A model generated the notes under the pieces. That model was not told where the DNA came from, searched no databases, and saw nothing but the letters and a program-made list of their open reading frames with translations. From contig VBOW01000018.1 of the NCBI GenBank assembly GCA_005893275.1, positions 12,184 through 76,183 of the forward strand: a stretch of DNA of 64,000 bases, written 5' to 3'. A program made the translations under genes and the position numbers. Position 1 is the first letter of the stretch. Every line of letters begins with the position of its first letter. Of the stretch, positions 38,753 through 49,198 are shown one piece after another. Origin of the DNA: Candidatus Eiseniibacteriota bacterium (GTDB taxonomy: Bacteria; Eisenbacteria; RBG-16-71-46; SZUA-252).

Positions 38753-40146
38753 GCGGGGACTCGGCGCGTGCGGCGTCTGGGCCGTCGGATGATCTCGGCG
38801 GCTTGGAGCGTGAGGAAGAGTCCGATCGCTCCGATGACGATGTTGGGTGTCCACATCGCGACCGCGGGGTCCAAGAAGCGCCGGTCCGCAAGCTCCTCCC
38901 CTCCGGCAAGGCAGAGGTAATAGAAAACGAAGAAGAGGATCGAGATAAAGGCCACCCCGATTCCGCTCTTGCGTGCCCTGATCCCCAGCGGCGCCCCGAC
39001 GAGAACGAAGACAATGCATGCGGCCGGGATCGAAAACTTCTTCTGGACCTCGACCTCGAGGCTGTTCATCCGCCGGTCCAGGGCGTCCACTTCGATCTGG
39101 CGCATCTGGATCATGTCCATCGTGAGCGGGTTGATGAAGAGCTTGGGAGGTTTCCCGGGCGGCAGCGCTTCGGGCGGCCGGATCGGAGAAACGGTCCGGA
39201 GGACGCTGCGAAGGAACCCCAAGACGCCGCGGGGAGGCTGCCGCGGAATGGCGGCCTTCACGAACGCGTCGTAATTCTTGAAACCCGCCTGGTGGATGAG
39301 GGTGTCGCGGGCGGCCGTGGAAGCCGCTAACTCCTTCCCAAGTTTCATGATCTGGCCCCGCATCATCCCGAGGCTCATTTCTCGGTCCCCCCGCGCGTTC
39401 GAATCCGACCTCTCCAGATCCGCCCCCGCGTTCCGAATATTGATAATGTGGGTCTTGAACATGAGCCGCCGGTAGATCCGTTCCTGGTCGTTGGGCGGCA
39501 TTTCGTGAATTTCGCCGTCGTGGAGCTCGAGGGTGACGACGCGGCCGTCCGGGGAGCTGTGGAAGACACCCCAGTCCGCGAGAATCGTGGTGGGGCGGGC
39601 GCTCGAGTTGAGCTGGTAGATCTTGACCCCGCGGATCTCATTCGTGCGGTTGTTCACCTTCTCAACGAAGATGTTGTATCCCTCGAACCCGTCGATAAAT
39701 ACCCCTTCGCTGATCTGCGTCGTGGGTCGCTTCCGGCTCACGTCCACCATGAGGTTTGCTAGGGCATGGTTCGTCTCTGGGAGGATGTGGTTGTTGAAGA
39801 GCACGAGTCCCCCCGCGAGCAGGGCCGCGGCCGCGAGCGGCGCCCCCACGATCCGCGCCAGGTTGATGCCGTTGGCCCGCATCGCGGCGATCTCGTTATC
39901 CTGGGCGAGGCGTCCGAAGGTGGCGAGGGTGGCGATCAAGACCGCGCATGGTACCGCGAGGGCAAGCATCCAGCCCATCGACAGGGCGAACAGCTCGAGC
40001 ACGATCCCCGCGGGGATTCCCTTGCCGATCGCCAGGTCCACGAGGTCGAACATGAAATCCAGCGTGAGCAGGAAGATGACGACGCTGAAGCCGATCAGAA
40101 ACGGGAAGACGTGCTCGCGAAGCACGTACCGTTCGAGTATTCTCAT
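38746..40146 (-). CDS. lptF: LPS export ABC transporter permease (YjgP/YjgQ family), first gene
   Basis: N-terminus MRILERYVLRE typical of LptF/LptG. Transmembrane segments and periplasmic domain. Confidence 0.7.
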   Translation of the reverse strand: MRILERYVLREHVFPFLIGFSVVIFLLTLDFMFDLVDLAIGKGIPAGIVLELFALSMGWMLALAVPCAVLIATLATFGRLAQDNEIAAMRANGINLARIVGAPLAAAALLAGGLVLFNNHILPETNHALANLMVDVSRKRPTTQISEGVFIDGFEGYNIFVEKVNNRTNEIRGVKIYQLNSSARPTTILADWGVFHSSPDGRVVTLELHDGEIHEMPPNDQERIYRRLMFKTHIINIRNAGADLERSDSNARGDREMSLGMMRGQIMKLGKELAASTAARDTLIHQAGFKNYDAFVKAAIPRQPPRGVLGFLRSVLRTVSPIRPPEALPPGKPPKLFINPLTMDMIQMRQIEVDALDRRMNSLEVEVQKKFSIPAACIVFVLVGAPLGIRARKSGIGVAFISILFFVFYYLCLAGGEELADRRFLDPAVAMWTPNIVIGAIGLFLTLQAAEIIRRPRRRTRRVPAA

Positions 40147-40268
40147 ATGGGCCTACCTTTTAACACATTTCAGGCCGAACCGCCGCGGGTTCCAGGTGTT
40201 CACTTTGTTACGTGACGGGGCCCCGGACCCGGTCTAACCCCTTTGATCCCAGAGCGGCCGTCGCCTTC

Positions 40269-43200
40269 ATGACACAAAACCCCAAGCTGGGCGCCATTCT
40301 CTGCATCTGCCTCACCCTCGGGGGCGGGGCCCTGCTCTGCGGTCTTGCGGAGGGCAGCCTCTGGGGCTATGCGCGCACCGATCCCGCGTTCGGCGAAGGC
40401 CCCCTCGGCGGCGGGCACAGCGAGATGCCGCCCGGGTGGCTGATGCGGCGCCTCGACCCCGCGGGGCAGATGGAGCCGCCTTCCCCTGATCCATCCGTCA
40501 GCATCGATCCCTCCAACGGCCACATCCGCGAGATCTATCGCGAAGGGGGTATCGAGACGCGCCCGCCCATGGTCACGGACTTGGACGAATACTCGGGGCT
40601 TCTCACCGCCCGAACCTATCGCCGCCTTTGGCGCGATCAGTCGAAGACCAGCCGCTCGGTGGCCCGCGGCACCACCAGGCCCAAGGGCCTTTTCCACGCC
40701 GAGCTTCCCATCGCGATACCGAAGCAGCTTCGAGGGATCCTGGGGAACGGCGCCCCCAGCATCGACGTTTCCGGGAGCGAGACGATCACGCTGAGCGGCG
40801 TGAGCGATTGGACCGTGCGACGCCAGGACGCGGCCCAGTCGGAACGCAGGCGCCAGAGCGCGTTCCCCTCGCTCGAGATGAAACAGGACTTGCAAGTAAA
40901 CCTCACCGGATCGATCGGCGACAAGATCAAGGTCGACGTGGACCAGTCGAGCAACGTCCAGACCTCGCTCGACAACAAGGTCAAGCTTCGCTACGAGGGG
41001 GACGAGGACGACATGATCAAGTCGATCGACCTCGGGAACACGAACCTTTCGCTCCAGGGCGCCTCGATCCGCCAGGAAGGGCTCTTCGGTGTGAAGACCG
41101 TGGCCAAGCTCGGCAACGTCGACGTGGTCACGATCGCGAGCAAACAGGAAGGGAAGACCGAGACCGCGCGGTTCACGCCGTCGGGCGAGAAGCGCCAGGT
41201 CAGGATCGCCGACCTCGACTACATCAAGAGGCAGTACTTCCTCATCAGTAGCACGCCGATGGTTTCTGGGGTTACTGGGTGGAAGCGGGAGACCCTCCAG
41301 GTGTACCGGGACGATCGCAGCGCCGACCACACGGGAAAGACCGAGGGGGTCGCGCGTCTCAATCCGGGAGCGCCGGCCGACTCGTCGAACCCGGAAATCC
41401 CCGGATTCTTCAAGGTCCTGACGCAGGGTACCGATTTCGACCTCATTCTCCCCTATGACACGGGATCGTCTGGGACCGAGATCCCGATCCTCAAGATGCG
41501 GTTCCCACTGAACGTGACCGACGTTCTTGCGGTAACCTACGTCGACAAGTCACCGACCGGACAGGACATACCCGTCGGAGACCCCAACAAGTTCCTACTC
41601 AAGGCGATCAAGCCGACCTCTGACGAGCCGGCAACGCTTGCCGGGGGCGCATACGACCCCAGCGATTCCTGGTACCCGACCATCCACTATGAGCTGAAGA
41701 ACTTTTACGACCTGACCGCGCGGAACATCGCCAAGGAGACCTTGACGCTCAAGGTGCGACGCCGGGACAACGGCCTTTCGGTGGACCCGGACGCGATCGG
41801 CGGCAGACCGCTCCTGGAGGTCCTGGGTCTGGATCAGCAAGGAATCACGGTCGACACGCGCCCGGACGGAAGACTCGACGACCGGTACGTGTTCCCGGAG
41901 GAGGGGGTGCTCTTTTTCCCCGACCTTCATCCCTTTGCCCCTGGATGCGACACGACATTCCCGGTGTGCTTCGACAATATGAACCGGAACACGCTCCGGG
42001 GCGACTCCGCCAACCCGAATGTCTACTACACGAAGAATACCGACTTCACCACCCAGTCCCGTTATTACATCGAGGCCGAGTTCAAGAGCAGCCAGCAGGG
42101 CTACTTCCTGGGTCGGTTCAACATCCTGGAAAATTCCGAGCAGGTGAAGGTGAACGGCATCCCGCAAACCAAGGGTTCCCAGTACACCATCGACTACGAC
42201 ACGGGACAGCTCACGTTCACCGCGCCGCCCGGGCCGGACGACGTCATTTCGGTCGACTACTCGTTCGCTCCGGGGGTCGGCCAGGTCCAGCGGACCCTCT
42301 TGGGATTCTCCACATCATATAGCCCGAGCGCGGACCTGAGCGTGACCTCGAGCATGCTCTACGAGAGCCGGGGCGCCCAGGAGCTGAATCCGAAGCTGGG
42401 CGAGGAGCCGGCGCGCTCCATGGTGGGGGACCTGGCTTCGGTCATGACGTTCCGCCCTTCCTGGATGACCCAGTTCGCGAACCTCCTTCCGGGGGTGCAC
42501 ACGAGCGCTCCCTCCACGCTCAACTTGCAGGGCAACCTGGCGGTGAGCATGCCCAACCCCAACACCAAGGGGGAGGCCTACGTGGACGACATGGAAGGGA
42601 ATCGCGAGTCGAACACCCTGGCGTTGGGCCGGACGACCTGGATGTGGAGCAGTATCCCCGTGGACACCGCCACGGGCCAGCCGATTTCGCTCCTCGTGTC
42701 CGACCATGCCCCCATCCAGTGGTACAACCCGCACAACTCGGGATCGATCGTCCACGAGCAGGACTTGAAGCCCGTCCTCACCAAGGAGGAGGGCGGGGAC
42801 AACGAGCGGAGCGTGCTCGAGATAAACATGCTGAGCCCCACCGACAGCGCCAACACGTTCACCTCCGTGACCTGGACCGGGCTGACCCAGGCGCTCTCGA
42901 GGACCGGGCAGGACCTCTCGAGGACGCGGTTCGTCGAGATCTGGGTCAACGACAGGAGACAACTCGACCACGCGCAGACCCACGCGAAGCTCCATATCGA
43001 CTTTGGCCGCGTGAGCGAGGACGCCCTCTGGGAGCGGAACGCCTTGCCCAACGACCGCCTCGATACGGAAGACAAGAACGGCGATACGAAGCTCGACAAA
43101 GACGAGGACACAGGCTTGGATGGGCTCCACAACGAGCAGGAGCCCGGGTTCACCGGAGCGAACGACCCGAACGGCGACGACTACCACTACACCACCGGCT

Positions 43201-46154
43201 CCCCAGACTACTCGGGGATCAATGGCACGGAGAACAACAGCAAGGACGATCCAAACGGCCGACCGGACACGGAAGACCTGAACCTCGATGGGCACCTGGA
43301 CAAGGACAATGACTACTTCGAGGCGACGGTCGACCTGTCGGACACCACCTACGTGGCGGTGGATGTCGCGCGGGATTACCCAGGGCATCCCGTGGTGACC
43401 AAGAATCCCAACAACGGCTGGCGGCTCTTCCGGATCCCGCTCGACGGCCCCGCATTCCATACCGTCGGCCGCCCGAGCTGGGACAACATCAAGCACGCGA
43501 GGCTCTGGCTGGACGGAATGACGGCTCCGACCAATCTCCAGATCGCCGGCATCGAGCTGGTGGGAAGCCGGTGGCTCCCGAGGCCTCTCTCCGACGATCA
43601 AAGAACCCGGCAGGTGGTCCTCGACGTCAAGGTGCGGAACAACAAGGACGACGCGGGGGGGCCCGTGTTCTACAACGCGCCCTTCGACGTCCCCAACGCC
43701 GTGGGCGGGAACGCCACGCGCCGCGAGCAATCGCTCGCGCTGGCCTACGCCAATCTCAGCCCGCGCGATTCCGTCTTCGCGTTCAAGACCTTCTCGGATG
43801 CCGGAAACGGCGCCGGGTACACGCAGTACCGAGACATCCGCTTCTACGTGCACGGGGACGCCGGGGTCGACGCCCAGAAACTGAGTGTGGTGGCGCGCTT
43901 CGGCCCCGACACGGTCAACTACTACGAATACAGCCTCCCGGTGCGCACGGGCTGGCAGGACGCCCGGATCCCCATGGAGATCCTCTCCCGTCTCAAGGAA
44001 GCGAGCAACGAGCGGGTGAAGATCGACTCCCTGACCGGCGCCGACATCGGCGCGCGCTACACCGTGGTCGGAAACCCCAGCTTCACCCGGGTGAACCGGA
44101 TCACGTTCGGGGTGACGGTGGTCGATACCACGGCGATCGGAGCGCCGGGCGAAGTTTGGATCGACGAGCTGAGGCTCGACGGCGTGCGCAAGGACGTGGG
44201 CAAGAGCGGGAATTTCGTCGTCCAAGGAAATTTCGGCGATGTGCTCTCGGTGAGCGGAAACTATCAAAAGCAGGATCAGGACTTCTTCCGGGTAGGCACG
44301 GGCGTGAATCGGGGGAGCGGCCTAAACCACACGGCGCTCGGATTCTCGAGCACCCTCCAGCTTGACCGAATGCTTCCCCTGACGGGGCTCGAGCTGCCCG
44401 TGACCGTGACCGTCGCCCACGCGACCGATGTGCCGAAGTACAGGACCGGATCGGACGTGGTGCTCGACCGGGCACGCTCCGACATCGAAACAAGGAGCAC
44501 CGACCGGCAATCGGTCGATTTCCGGTACAGGCGGACCGGCCCCAGGAAAGGCTGGACGCGCTGGACCATCGATGCGGTCAGCGGCTCGATGCGCTACCAG
44601 CGAGAGGCGAACGTGGATCCCCAGTTCAACGATTCGACCTGGACCTTCACGACGGGGGGGAATTACAGCATCCCGATCGGCGGCGGCAAGGGGATTCCCT
44701 TCTCGAAGAACGTGCGGTTCAAATATCTCCCCGACGTCGTCTCCTTCGGCGCGGACTGGAACTCCTCGCGGCACGCGTACTACACCCGCTACCTCCAGGG
44801 CAACCAGGACTCCTCCGCCCTTCGCTCGAATGCATTGACCCGGCTCCTGACGCTCCGGACCGATGCCTCGTACCTCCCGATCGGGAACAGCCTCACGACG
44901 AGCTACCACCTCGAGTCGAGGCGCGACATGTTGATCCATCGCGAGGGCTTTATCGGAAACGTGGGAACCGAGGTGGGCCGCAACCAGACGATGACCATGG
45001 CCTGGGTGCCCCGGCGGGTCCTTTTCTTGAACCCGAACATCTCCCTCACGGGGACCTACCGAGAGGACGCGGGCTCGGGGGTTCGCGTGAATTCGTCCGA
45101 TCCGCTGGGGCTCAAGAACATCGGCAATACCGGCTCGCTCCGGGCGACGACCACGATTCCTTTCTCGCGGTTCGCCAACCAGTTCAAGCCGGCAGGCTCG
45201 AGGCGCGACACGAGCGAAGCGAGCCCGCTGACCGCGCCGTTCCGTTTCATCTTCAGCCGGTTCCAGGACATCCAGACTACGTTCGCCTTCAACCGCGCCG
45301 CCGCGGTCTCGCGCGTGGTCGGGAGCCCCGGTTTCGCCTACCTGACCGGCTTCACACAGAAGTTCAACCCGTCGATCTATCGTGCCCCGAACTCGAACGT
45401 CGTGCAGAGCCGGTCGTACCTCACGACCGCCAATACGATCGTCGCGCCACTCAACCGACTCACGGTCACCGTGCACGCGGATCATCGGATCGATTACAAC
45501 GACAACCTGGCCGGCGCACGCCGCATCTACACGCTGACCTGGCCGGACCTGAACGGCAGCTGGCTCCAGCTCCAGCAAATGCTCGGCATGGACGAGATGA
45601 TGAGCTCGCTCGTGGTGAATTCGCATTACTCCGTGAGAAGCGAGGATCAGGGCCCGGCCGGAAAACCGATCGAGACCCATAGCGTGACCACGAACTGGGG
45701 ACCGCTCCTCGGATGGGAGGCGTCGTTCAAGAATGGGATCCGCGCCAACGTGAACACGTCGCTCGCAAGGACCGAGGCTCTTGACCAGCGTCAAGGCGGC
45801 GTGAGCCGGACGCGCACGAGTACGACGCACGACATCCGGCTGACCAAGGTCTACCCCGCGAGCAAGGGAATCCGCTTCCCCTGGAGCAAGCGGCGTGTCA
45901 AGCTTCCGAACGACGTCAACTTGAACCTCACAATGGGAATCACGCGGGACAAGCAGGAGACGGACCAGCCGGGGTTCCCGACCCTTGTCGAAACCGATAT
46001 CCAGCGGCTGAACGTCGGGAGCGGGACGACCTACAATTTCACGCCGTCGATCACGGGGGGGTTCGATCTCGCGTTCCGGCAGACGAAGGATTACAAACAG
46101 GACCTCACGCAGCGCGGGATCACGGTTGCCGTCAACGCGCAGTTCCGCTTCTAA
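40269..46154 (+). CDS. sprA: giant cell-surface protein SprA-like (Type IX secretion system translocon homolog)
   Basis: About 1960 aa with a signal peptide (MTQNPKLGAILCICLTLGGG). SprA N-terminal-domain-like segment. Asp-rich thrombospondin-type-3-like calcium-binding repeats. Extended beta-rich sequence, Ser/Thr/Asn/Gly-rich, with an aromatic C-terminus (QFRF). The ORF opens at 40212. Confidence 0.65.
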   Translation: MTQNPKLGAILCICLTLGGGALLCGLAEGSLWGYARTDPAFGEGPLGGGHSEMPPGWLMRRLDPAGQMEPPSPDPSVSIDPSNGHIREIYREGGIETRPPMVTDLDEYSGLLTARTYRRLWRDQSKTSRSVARGTTRPKGLFHAELPIAIPKQLRGILGNGAPSIDVSGSETITLSGVSDWTVRRQDAAQSERRRQSAFPSLEMKQDLQVNLTGSIGDKIKVDVDQSSNVQTSLDNKVKLRYEGDEDDMIKSIDLGNTNLSLQGASIRQEGLFGVKTVAKLGNVDVVTIASKQEGKTETARFTPSGEKRQVRIADLDYIKRQYFLISSTPMVSGVTGWKRETLQVYRDDRSADHTGKTEGVARLNPGAPADSSNPEIPGFFKVLTQGTDFDLILPYDTGSSGTEIPILKMRFPLNVTDVLAVTYVDKSPTGQDIPVGDPNKFLLKAIKPTSDEPATLAGGAYDPSDSWYPTIHYELKNFYDLTARNIAKETLTLKVRRRDNGLSVDPDAIGGRPLLEVLGLDQQGITVDTRPDGRLDDRYVFPEEGVLFFPDLHPFAPGCDTTFPVCFDNMNRNTLRGDSANPNVYYTKNTDFTTQSRYYIEAEFKSSQQGYFLGRFNILENSEQVKVNGIPQTKGSQYTIDYDTGQLTFTAPPGPDDVISVDYSFAPGVGQVQRTLLGFSTSYSPSADLSVTSSMLYESRGAQELNPKLGEEPARSMVGDLASVMTFRPSWMTQFANLLPGVHTSAPSTLNLQGNLAVSMPNPNTKGEAYVDDMEGNRESNTLALGRTTWMWSSIPVDTATGQPISLLVSDHAPIQWYNPHNSGSIVHEQDLKPVLTKEEGGDNERSVLEINMLSPTDSANTFTSVTWTGLTQALSRTGQDLSRTRFVEIWVNDRRQLDHAQTHAKLHIDFGRVSEDALWERNALPNDRLDTEDKNGDTKLDKDEDTGLDGLHNEQEPGFTGANDPNGDDYHYTTGSPDYSGINGTENNSKDDPNGRPDTEDLNLDGHLDKDNDYFEATVDLSDTTYVAVDVARDYPGHPVVTKNPNNGWRLFRIPLDGPAFHTVGRPSWDNIKHARLWLDGMTAPTNLQIAGIELVGSRWLPRPLSDDQRTRQVVLDVKVRNNKDDAGGPVFYNAPFDVPNAVGGNATRREQSLALAYANLSPRDSVFAFKTFSDAGNGAGYTQYRDIRFYVHGDAGVDAQKLSVVARFGPDTVNYYEYSLPVRTGWQDARIPMEILSRLKEASNERVKIDSLTGADIGARYTVVGNPSFTRVNRITFGVTVVDTTAIGAPGEVWIDELRLDGVRKDVGKSGNFVVQGNFGDVLSVSGNYQKQDQDFFRVGTGVNRGSGLNHTALGFSSTLQLDRMLPLTGLELPVTVTVAHATDVPKYRTGSDVVLDRARSDIETRSTDRQSVDFRYRRTGPRKGWTRWTIDAVSGSMRYQREANVDPQFNDSTWTFTTGGNYSIPIGGGKGIPFSKNVRFKYLPDVVSFGADWNSSRHAYYTRYLQGNQDSSALRSNALTRLLTLRTDASYLPIGNSLTTSYHLESRRDMLIHREGFIGNVGTEVGRNQTMTMAWVPRRVLFLNPNISLTGTYREDAGSGVRVNSSDPLGLKNIGNTGSLRATTTIPFSRFANQFKPAGSRRDTSEASPLTAPFRFIFSRFQDIQTTFAFNRAAAVSRVVGSPGFAYLTGFTQKFNPSIYRAPNSNVVQSRSYLTTANTIVAPLNRLTVTVHADHRIDYNDNLAGARRIYTLTWPDLNGSWLQLQQMLGMDEMMSSLVVNSHYSVRSEDQGPAGKPIETHSVTTNWGPLLGWEASFKNGIRANVNTSLARTEALDQRQGGVSRTRTSTTHDIRLTKVYPASKGIRFPWSKRRVKLPNDVNLNLTMGITRDKQETDQPGFPTLVETDIQRLNVGSGTTYNFTPSITGGFDLAFRQTKDYKQDLTQRGITVAVNAQFRF

Positions 46155-47064
46155 GCGACGCCTGCTGGCGGCGGCGTTCCTCGCGGTTCTCCTTCCATCC
46201 TGCCGGCACCAAGCCTCGGCGGCGGCCTTCGACGGGAAGCAAGCCTTCGCGCTTCTGGAGCGCCAATGCGCGTTCGGTCCTCGGGTGCCCGGCACCGCCG
46301 CGCACGACTCCTGCTTTGCGTACCTCGTGGCCCGCTTGCGCGAGCTGGCGCCGGTCGTCCAGACGGACACCTTCACCTACAACTCGCCGGATCTCGGCCA
46401 TGAGGTCCGGCTCATGAACGCCGTGGCGCGCTTTCGGCCCAAGTCGAAAGAGCGGATCCTCTTCGGGGCGCATTGGGACTCGCGGCCGTGGGCGGACCGC
46501 GATTCCATCCCCGCGCATCGAAACCTCCCCATCCTGGGGGCGAACGACGGGGCCTCCGGTGTCGCGGTGCTCCTCGAGGTGGCGCGGGTGCTCCGAAAGA
46601 CCGGCACCCCCATCGGGGTCGACCTCGCCCTCTTCGACGGGGAGGATATGGGAACCGAGGCGAACCCGAGCGGCTTCTTTCGAGGCTCCACCCGCTTCGT
46701 GGAATCGCGCGGGGACGACCGGCCGCTCTTTGTCCTCGTGGTGGACATGGTCGGGAAGAAGAACCTGAACCTCCTGCGGGAAGCTATCTCCCGGGAACAG
46801 GCATCCAATATTGTGGATATGGTGTGGGAGGAAGCGCGCGAGCTGGGGGTACGGAATTTCCGATCCGGGCCCGGTCCAAGGGTATACGACGACCACGTTC
46901 CGTTCCTGAACGCCGGGATTCCGGCCATCGATTTGGTGGATTTTGATTTTCCGGAGTGGCATACGGCCGGCGATACACCCGCGGTGTGCTCTCCCGCCAG
47001 TTTGGAAGCGGTCGGCAGGGTCCTGGTAACCCTCGCAACCAAAGCTAGTTTCCTTTCCCGCTGA
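46126..47064 (+). CDS. M28-family glutaminyl-peptide cyclotransferase-like lipoprotein
   Basis: Signal/lipobox (LLPSC). M28 metal-binding motifs (FGAHWDSR, GANDGASGVAVLLE, FDGEDMG, HTAGD). Overlaps the sprA 3' end. Confidence 0.65.
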   Translation: MPSTRSSASKRRLLAAAFLAVLLPSCRHQASAAAFDGKQAFALLERQCAFGPRVPGTAAHDSCFAYLVARLRELAPVVQTDTFTYNSPDLGHEVRLMNAVARFRPKSKERILFGAHWDSRPWADRDSIPAHRNLPILGANDGASGVAVLLEVARVLRKTGTPIGVDLALFDGEDMGTEANPSGFFRGSTRFVESRGDDRPLFVLVVDMVGKKNLNLLREAISREQASNIVDMVWEEARELGVRNFRSGPGPRVYDDHVPFLNAGIPAIDLVDFDFPEWHTAGDTPAVCSPASLEAVGRVLVTLATKASFLSR

Positions 47065-47112
47065 AATTTCCGCTTGATCGGACGGCTCTCCGCGGGCTAA
47101 TTTGACGGGTCC

Positions 47113-47142
47113 GAGTGGACCCGCAGTCCACTCGAACTTTTT
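47113..47142 (+). terminator. rho-independent terminator-like hairpin between the cyclase gene and rimP
   Basis: GAGTGGAC pairs with GTCCACTC around loop CCGCA, followed by GAACTTTTT. Confidence 0.5.
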
Positions 47143-47183
47143 AGGCGCTGGCCCGGACATGGGTCGAGCCCGGGACGGACCGC

Positions 47184-47687
47184 ATGGATCGTGGACAACT
47201 GAGGGAAGAGCTCACCCGACGCCTCCAGGCCCTCCTCGGCGAGGAGATGTTCGATCTTTGGGACCTGGATCTGGCCTCCCAGTCGGGTCGGACCGTGCTG
47301 CGCGTCGTTCTGGACCGTCCGACCGGCGTCACGATTGCCGATTGCGCATATTGGAATAAGAAAATCGGCCGATATCTCGAGGCCGAGAACGTGGTGCCCG
47401 GCAGCTATGTCTTGGAGGTCGGGTCCCCGGGAATCCAGCGGACGCTGTCGCGCCCCGAGCACTTCGCGCGTTTCGTCGGCCGGAGCGTCGAGATCAAGCT
47501 GCACGACCTCCACATGGGTCGCCGCACCTACCGCGGGGAGCTGCGGCAAGCCGGAGAAGGGACGATTTTGCTCGAGGATCCGATCGCGGGGGTCGTCTCG
47601 TTGCCGTACGCGGCGATCAAACACTCGCACATCGTCGCCGACCCGTGGGAGGGACTGCGCGCGAAGGAGCGCCGCCCGAAGGGATGA
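47184..47687 (+). CDS. rimP: ribosome maturation factor RimP
   Basis: RimP N- and C-domain similarity. Sits in the conserved position upstream of nusA. Confidence 0.85.
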   Translation: MDRGQLREELTRRLQALLGEEMFDLWDLDLASQSGRTVLRVVLDRPTGVTIADCAYWNKKIGRYLEAENVVPGSYVLEVGSPGIQRTLSRPEHFARFVGRSVEIKLHDLHMGRRTYRGELRQAGEGTILLEDPIAGVVSLPYAAIKHSHIVADPWEGLRAKERRPKG

Positions 47688-49198
47688 AAGCAGTGGCGAA
47701 AGAAACACACACAAGAGGCGTCAACTACGAGTTGATGGAGGCGATGGCGCAAATCGCCCGCGAGAAGAGCGTGGACAAGACCATCCTCGTCGAGACGCTC
47801 GAGGCGGGACTGCTCTCGGCCGGGCGAAAGCGCTTCGGTCAGACCGCCAATATCGAGGTGAAATTCGACGAGCCGAGCGGCCGGATTCTCATGAGGCTCA
47901 CGCGGCGGGTCGTGGAGGACACCGAGGACCCGGCGCAGGAGATCGATCTGGAAGAGGCGCAGCAGTACGAGGCGGACGCCCGGATCGGGCAGGACTTCGT
48001 GCAGGAGCTGACGCTCGAGGACTTGGGTCGGAACGCGATCGCGGCGGCCAAGCAGGTGCTCGTCCAGCGCGTCCGCGAGGCGGAGCGCGAGCGCATCTAC
48101 GAGGACTACCACGACCGGGTCGGCGAAATGGTGCGTGGGACCGTGCAGCAGGTCGACCGTGGAAATATCTACGTGAAGCTCGACCGGTCGGAGGCGATTC
48201 TTCCTCCGCGCGAGCAGATCGCGCGGGACCGCTACCACCAAGGGGATCACATCAAGGCCTACATCATCGCGGTCGACAAGCTCGCGCGCGGCCCGCAGAT
48301 CATCCTCTCGCGGACCCATCCCGAGTTTCTGCGCCGGCTGTTCGAAGCCGAGGTGCCGGAAGTGGCGGAGAAGATCATCGAGATCAAGGGAATCGCGCGC
48401 GAGCCCGGTTCCCGCGCGAAGGTCTCGGTGCTCTCGAATGACGACAAGATCGACGCGGTCGGCGCTTGCGTGGGGATCAAAGGCTCCCGCGTGCAGGCGA
48501 TCGTCCGCGAGCTGGGGGGTGAGAAGATCGACATCGTGCCCTGGAGCCAGGACGCGGTCGTCTTTGTGACGCGCTCGCTCTCCCCCGCCAAGGTGCTCGA
48601 GGCGCAGATCGTCGAAGCGGAGCAGAAGATCCTTGTCACGGTCGCGGACGACCAGCTGTCGCTCGCGATCGGGAAGGGGGGCCAGAACGCGAGGCTCGCC
48701 GCAAAGCTCACGGGCTGGAAGATCGATCTGATCTCGAAGAGCGAGCGCGACCGGCAGAAGGACTTGGAGCGCCGCTCGCGGATCGATATCGAAGATTTGG
48801 AAGGGGCCGGTCCGAAGCTGCGCGAGAAGCTGATCCGCGCGGGCATCGAGACTGTGCAGGATCTGCTCCGCGCCCCCATGGAGGAGATTCTCGCGATCCA
48901 GGGAATCGGCGAGAAGACCGCCGAGAAGCTGATCGAGGAGGCGAAGGAGCTTCAGGAGAGGCGGGGTCGCGAGCTGGCCGAAGAGGCCGCGCGCGCGGCT
49001 GCCGCCGCAAGCGAGCAAGCGATCCTGGCCGACGCGGCGGGCGAAGAAACGCGCCCGGTCGCCGAGGAAGCGCCGGCGCAGGAGGGTGTCTTGGGCGCGC
49101 CCGAAGAGGCGCCCACGGAGGGAGAGCCCGCCGAGGCGGCGCAGCAGGAGAATTCGGGCGGAGATACCCAAGACGAAACGAGGAGCGATGCCAGTTAA
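47684..49198 (+). CDS. nusA: transcription termination/antitermination factor NusA
   Basis: NusA N-terminal domain, S1 domain, KH1 and KH2. ATGA overlap with rimP. Acidic C-terminal tail. Confidence 0.9.
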   Translation: MKAVAKETHTRGVNYELMEAMAQIAREKSVDKTILVETLEAGLLSAGRKRFGQTANIEVKFDEPSGRILMRLTRRVVEDTEDPAQEIDLEEAQQYEADARIGQDFVQELTLEDLGRNAIAAAKQVLVQRVREAERERIYEDYHDRVGEMVRGTVQQVDRGNIYVKLDRSEAILPPREQIARDRYHQGDHIKAYIIAVDKLARGPQIILSRTHPEFLRRLFEAEVPEVAEKIIEIKGIAREPGSRAKVSVLSNDDKIDAVGACVGIKGSRVQAIVRELGGEKIDIVPWSQDAVVFVTRSLSPAKVLEAQIVEAEQKILVTVADDQLSLAIGKGGQNARLAAKLTGWKIDLISKSERDRQKDLERRSRIDIEDLEGAGPKLREKLIRAGIETVQDLLRAPMEEILAIQGIGEKTAEKLIEEAKELQERRGRELAEEAARAAAAASEQAILADAAGEETRPVAEEAPAQEGVLGAPEEAPTEGEPAEAAQQENSGGDTQDETRSDAS

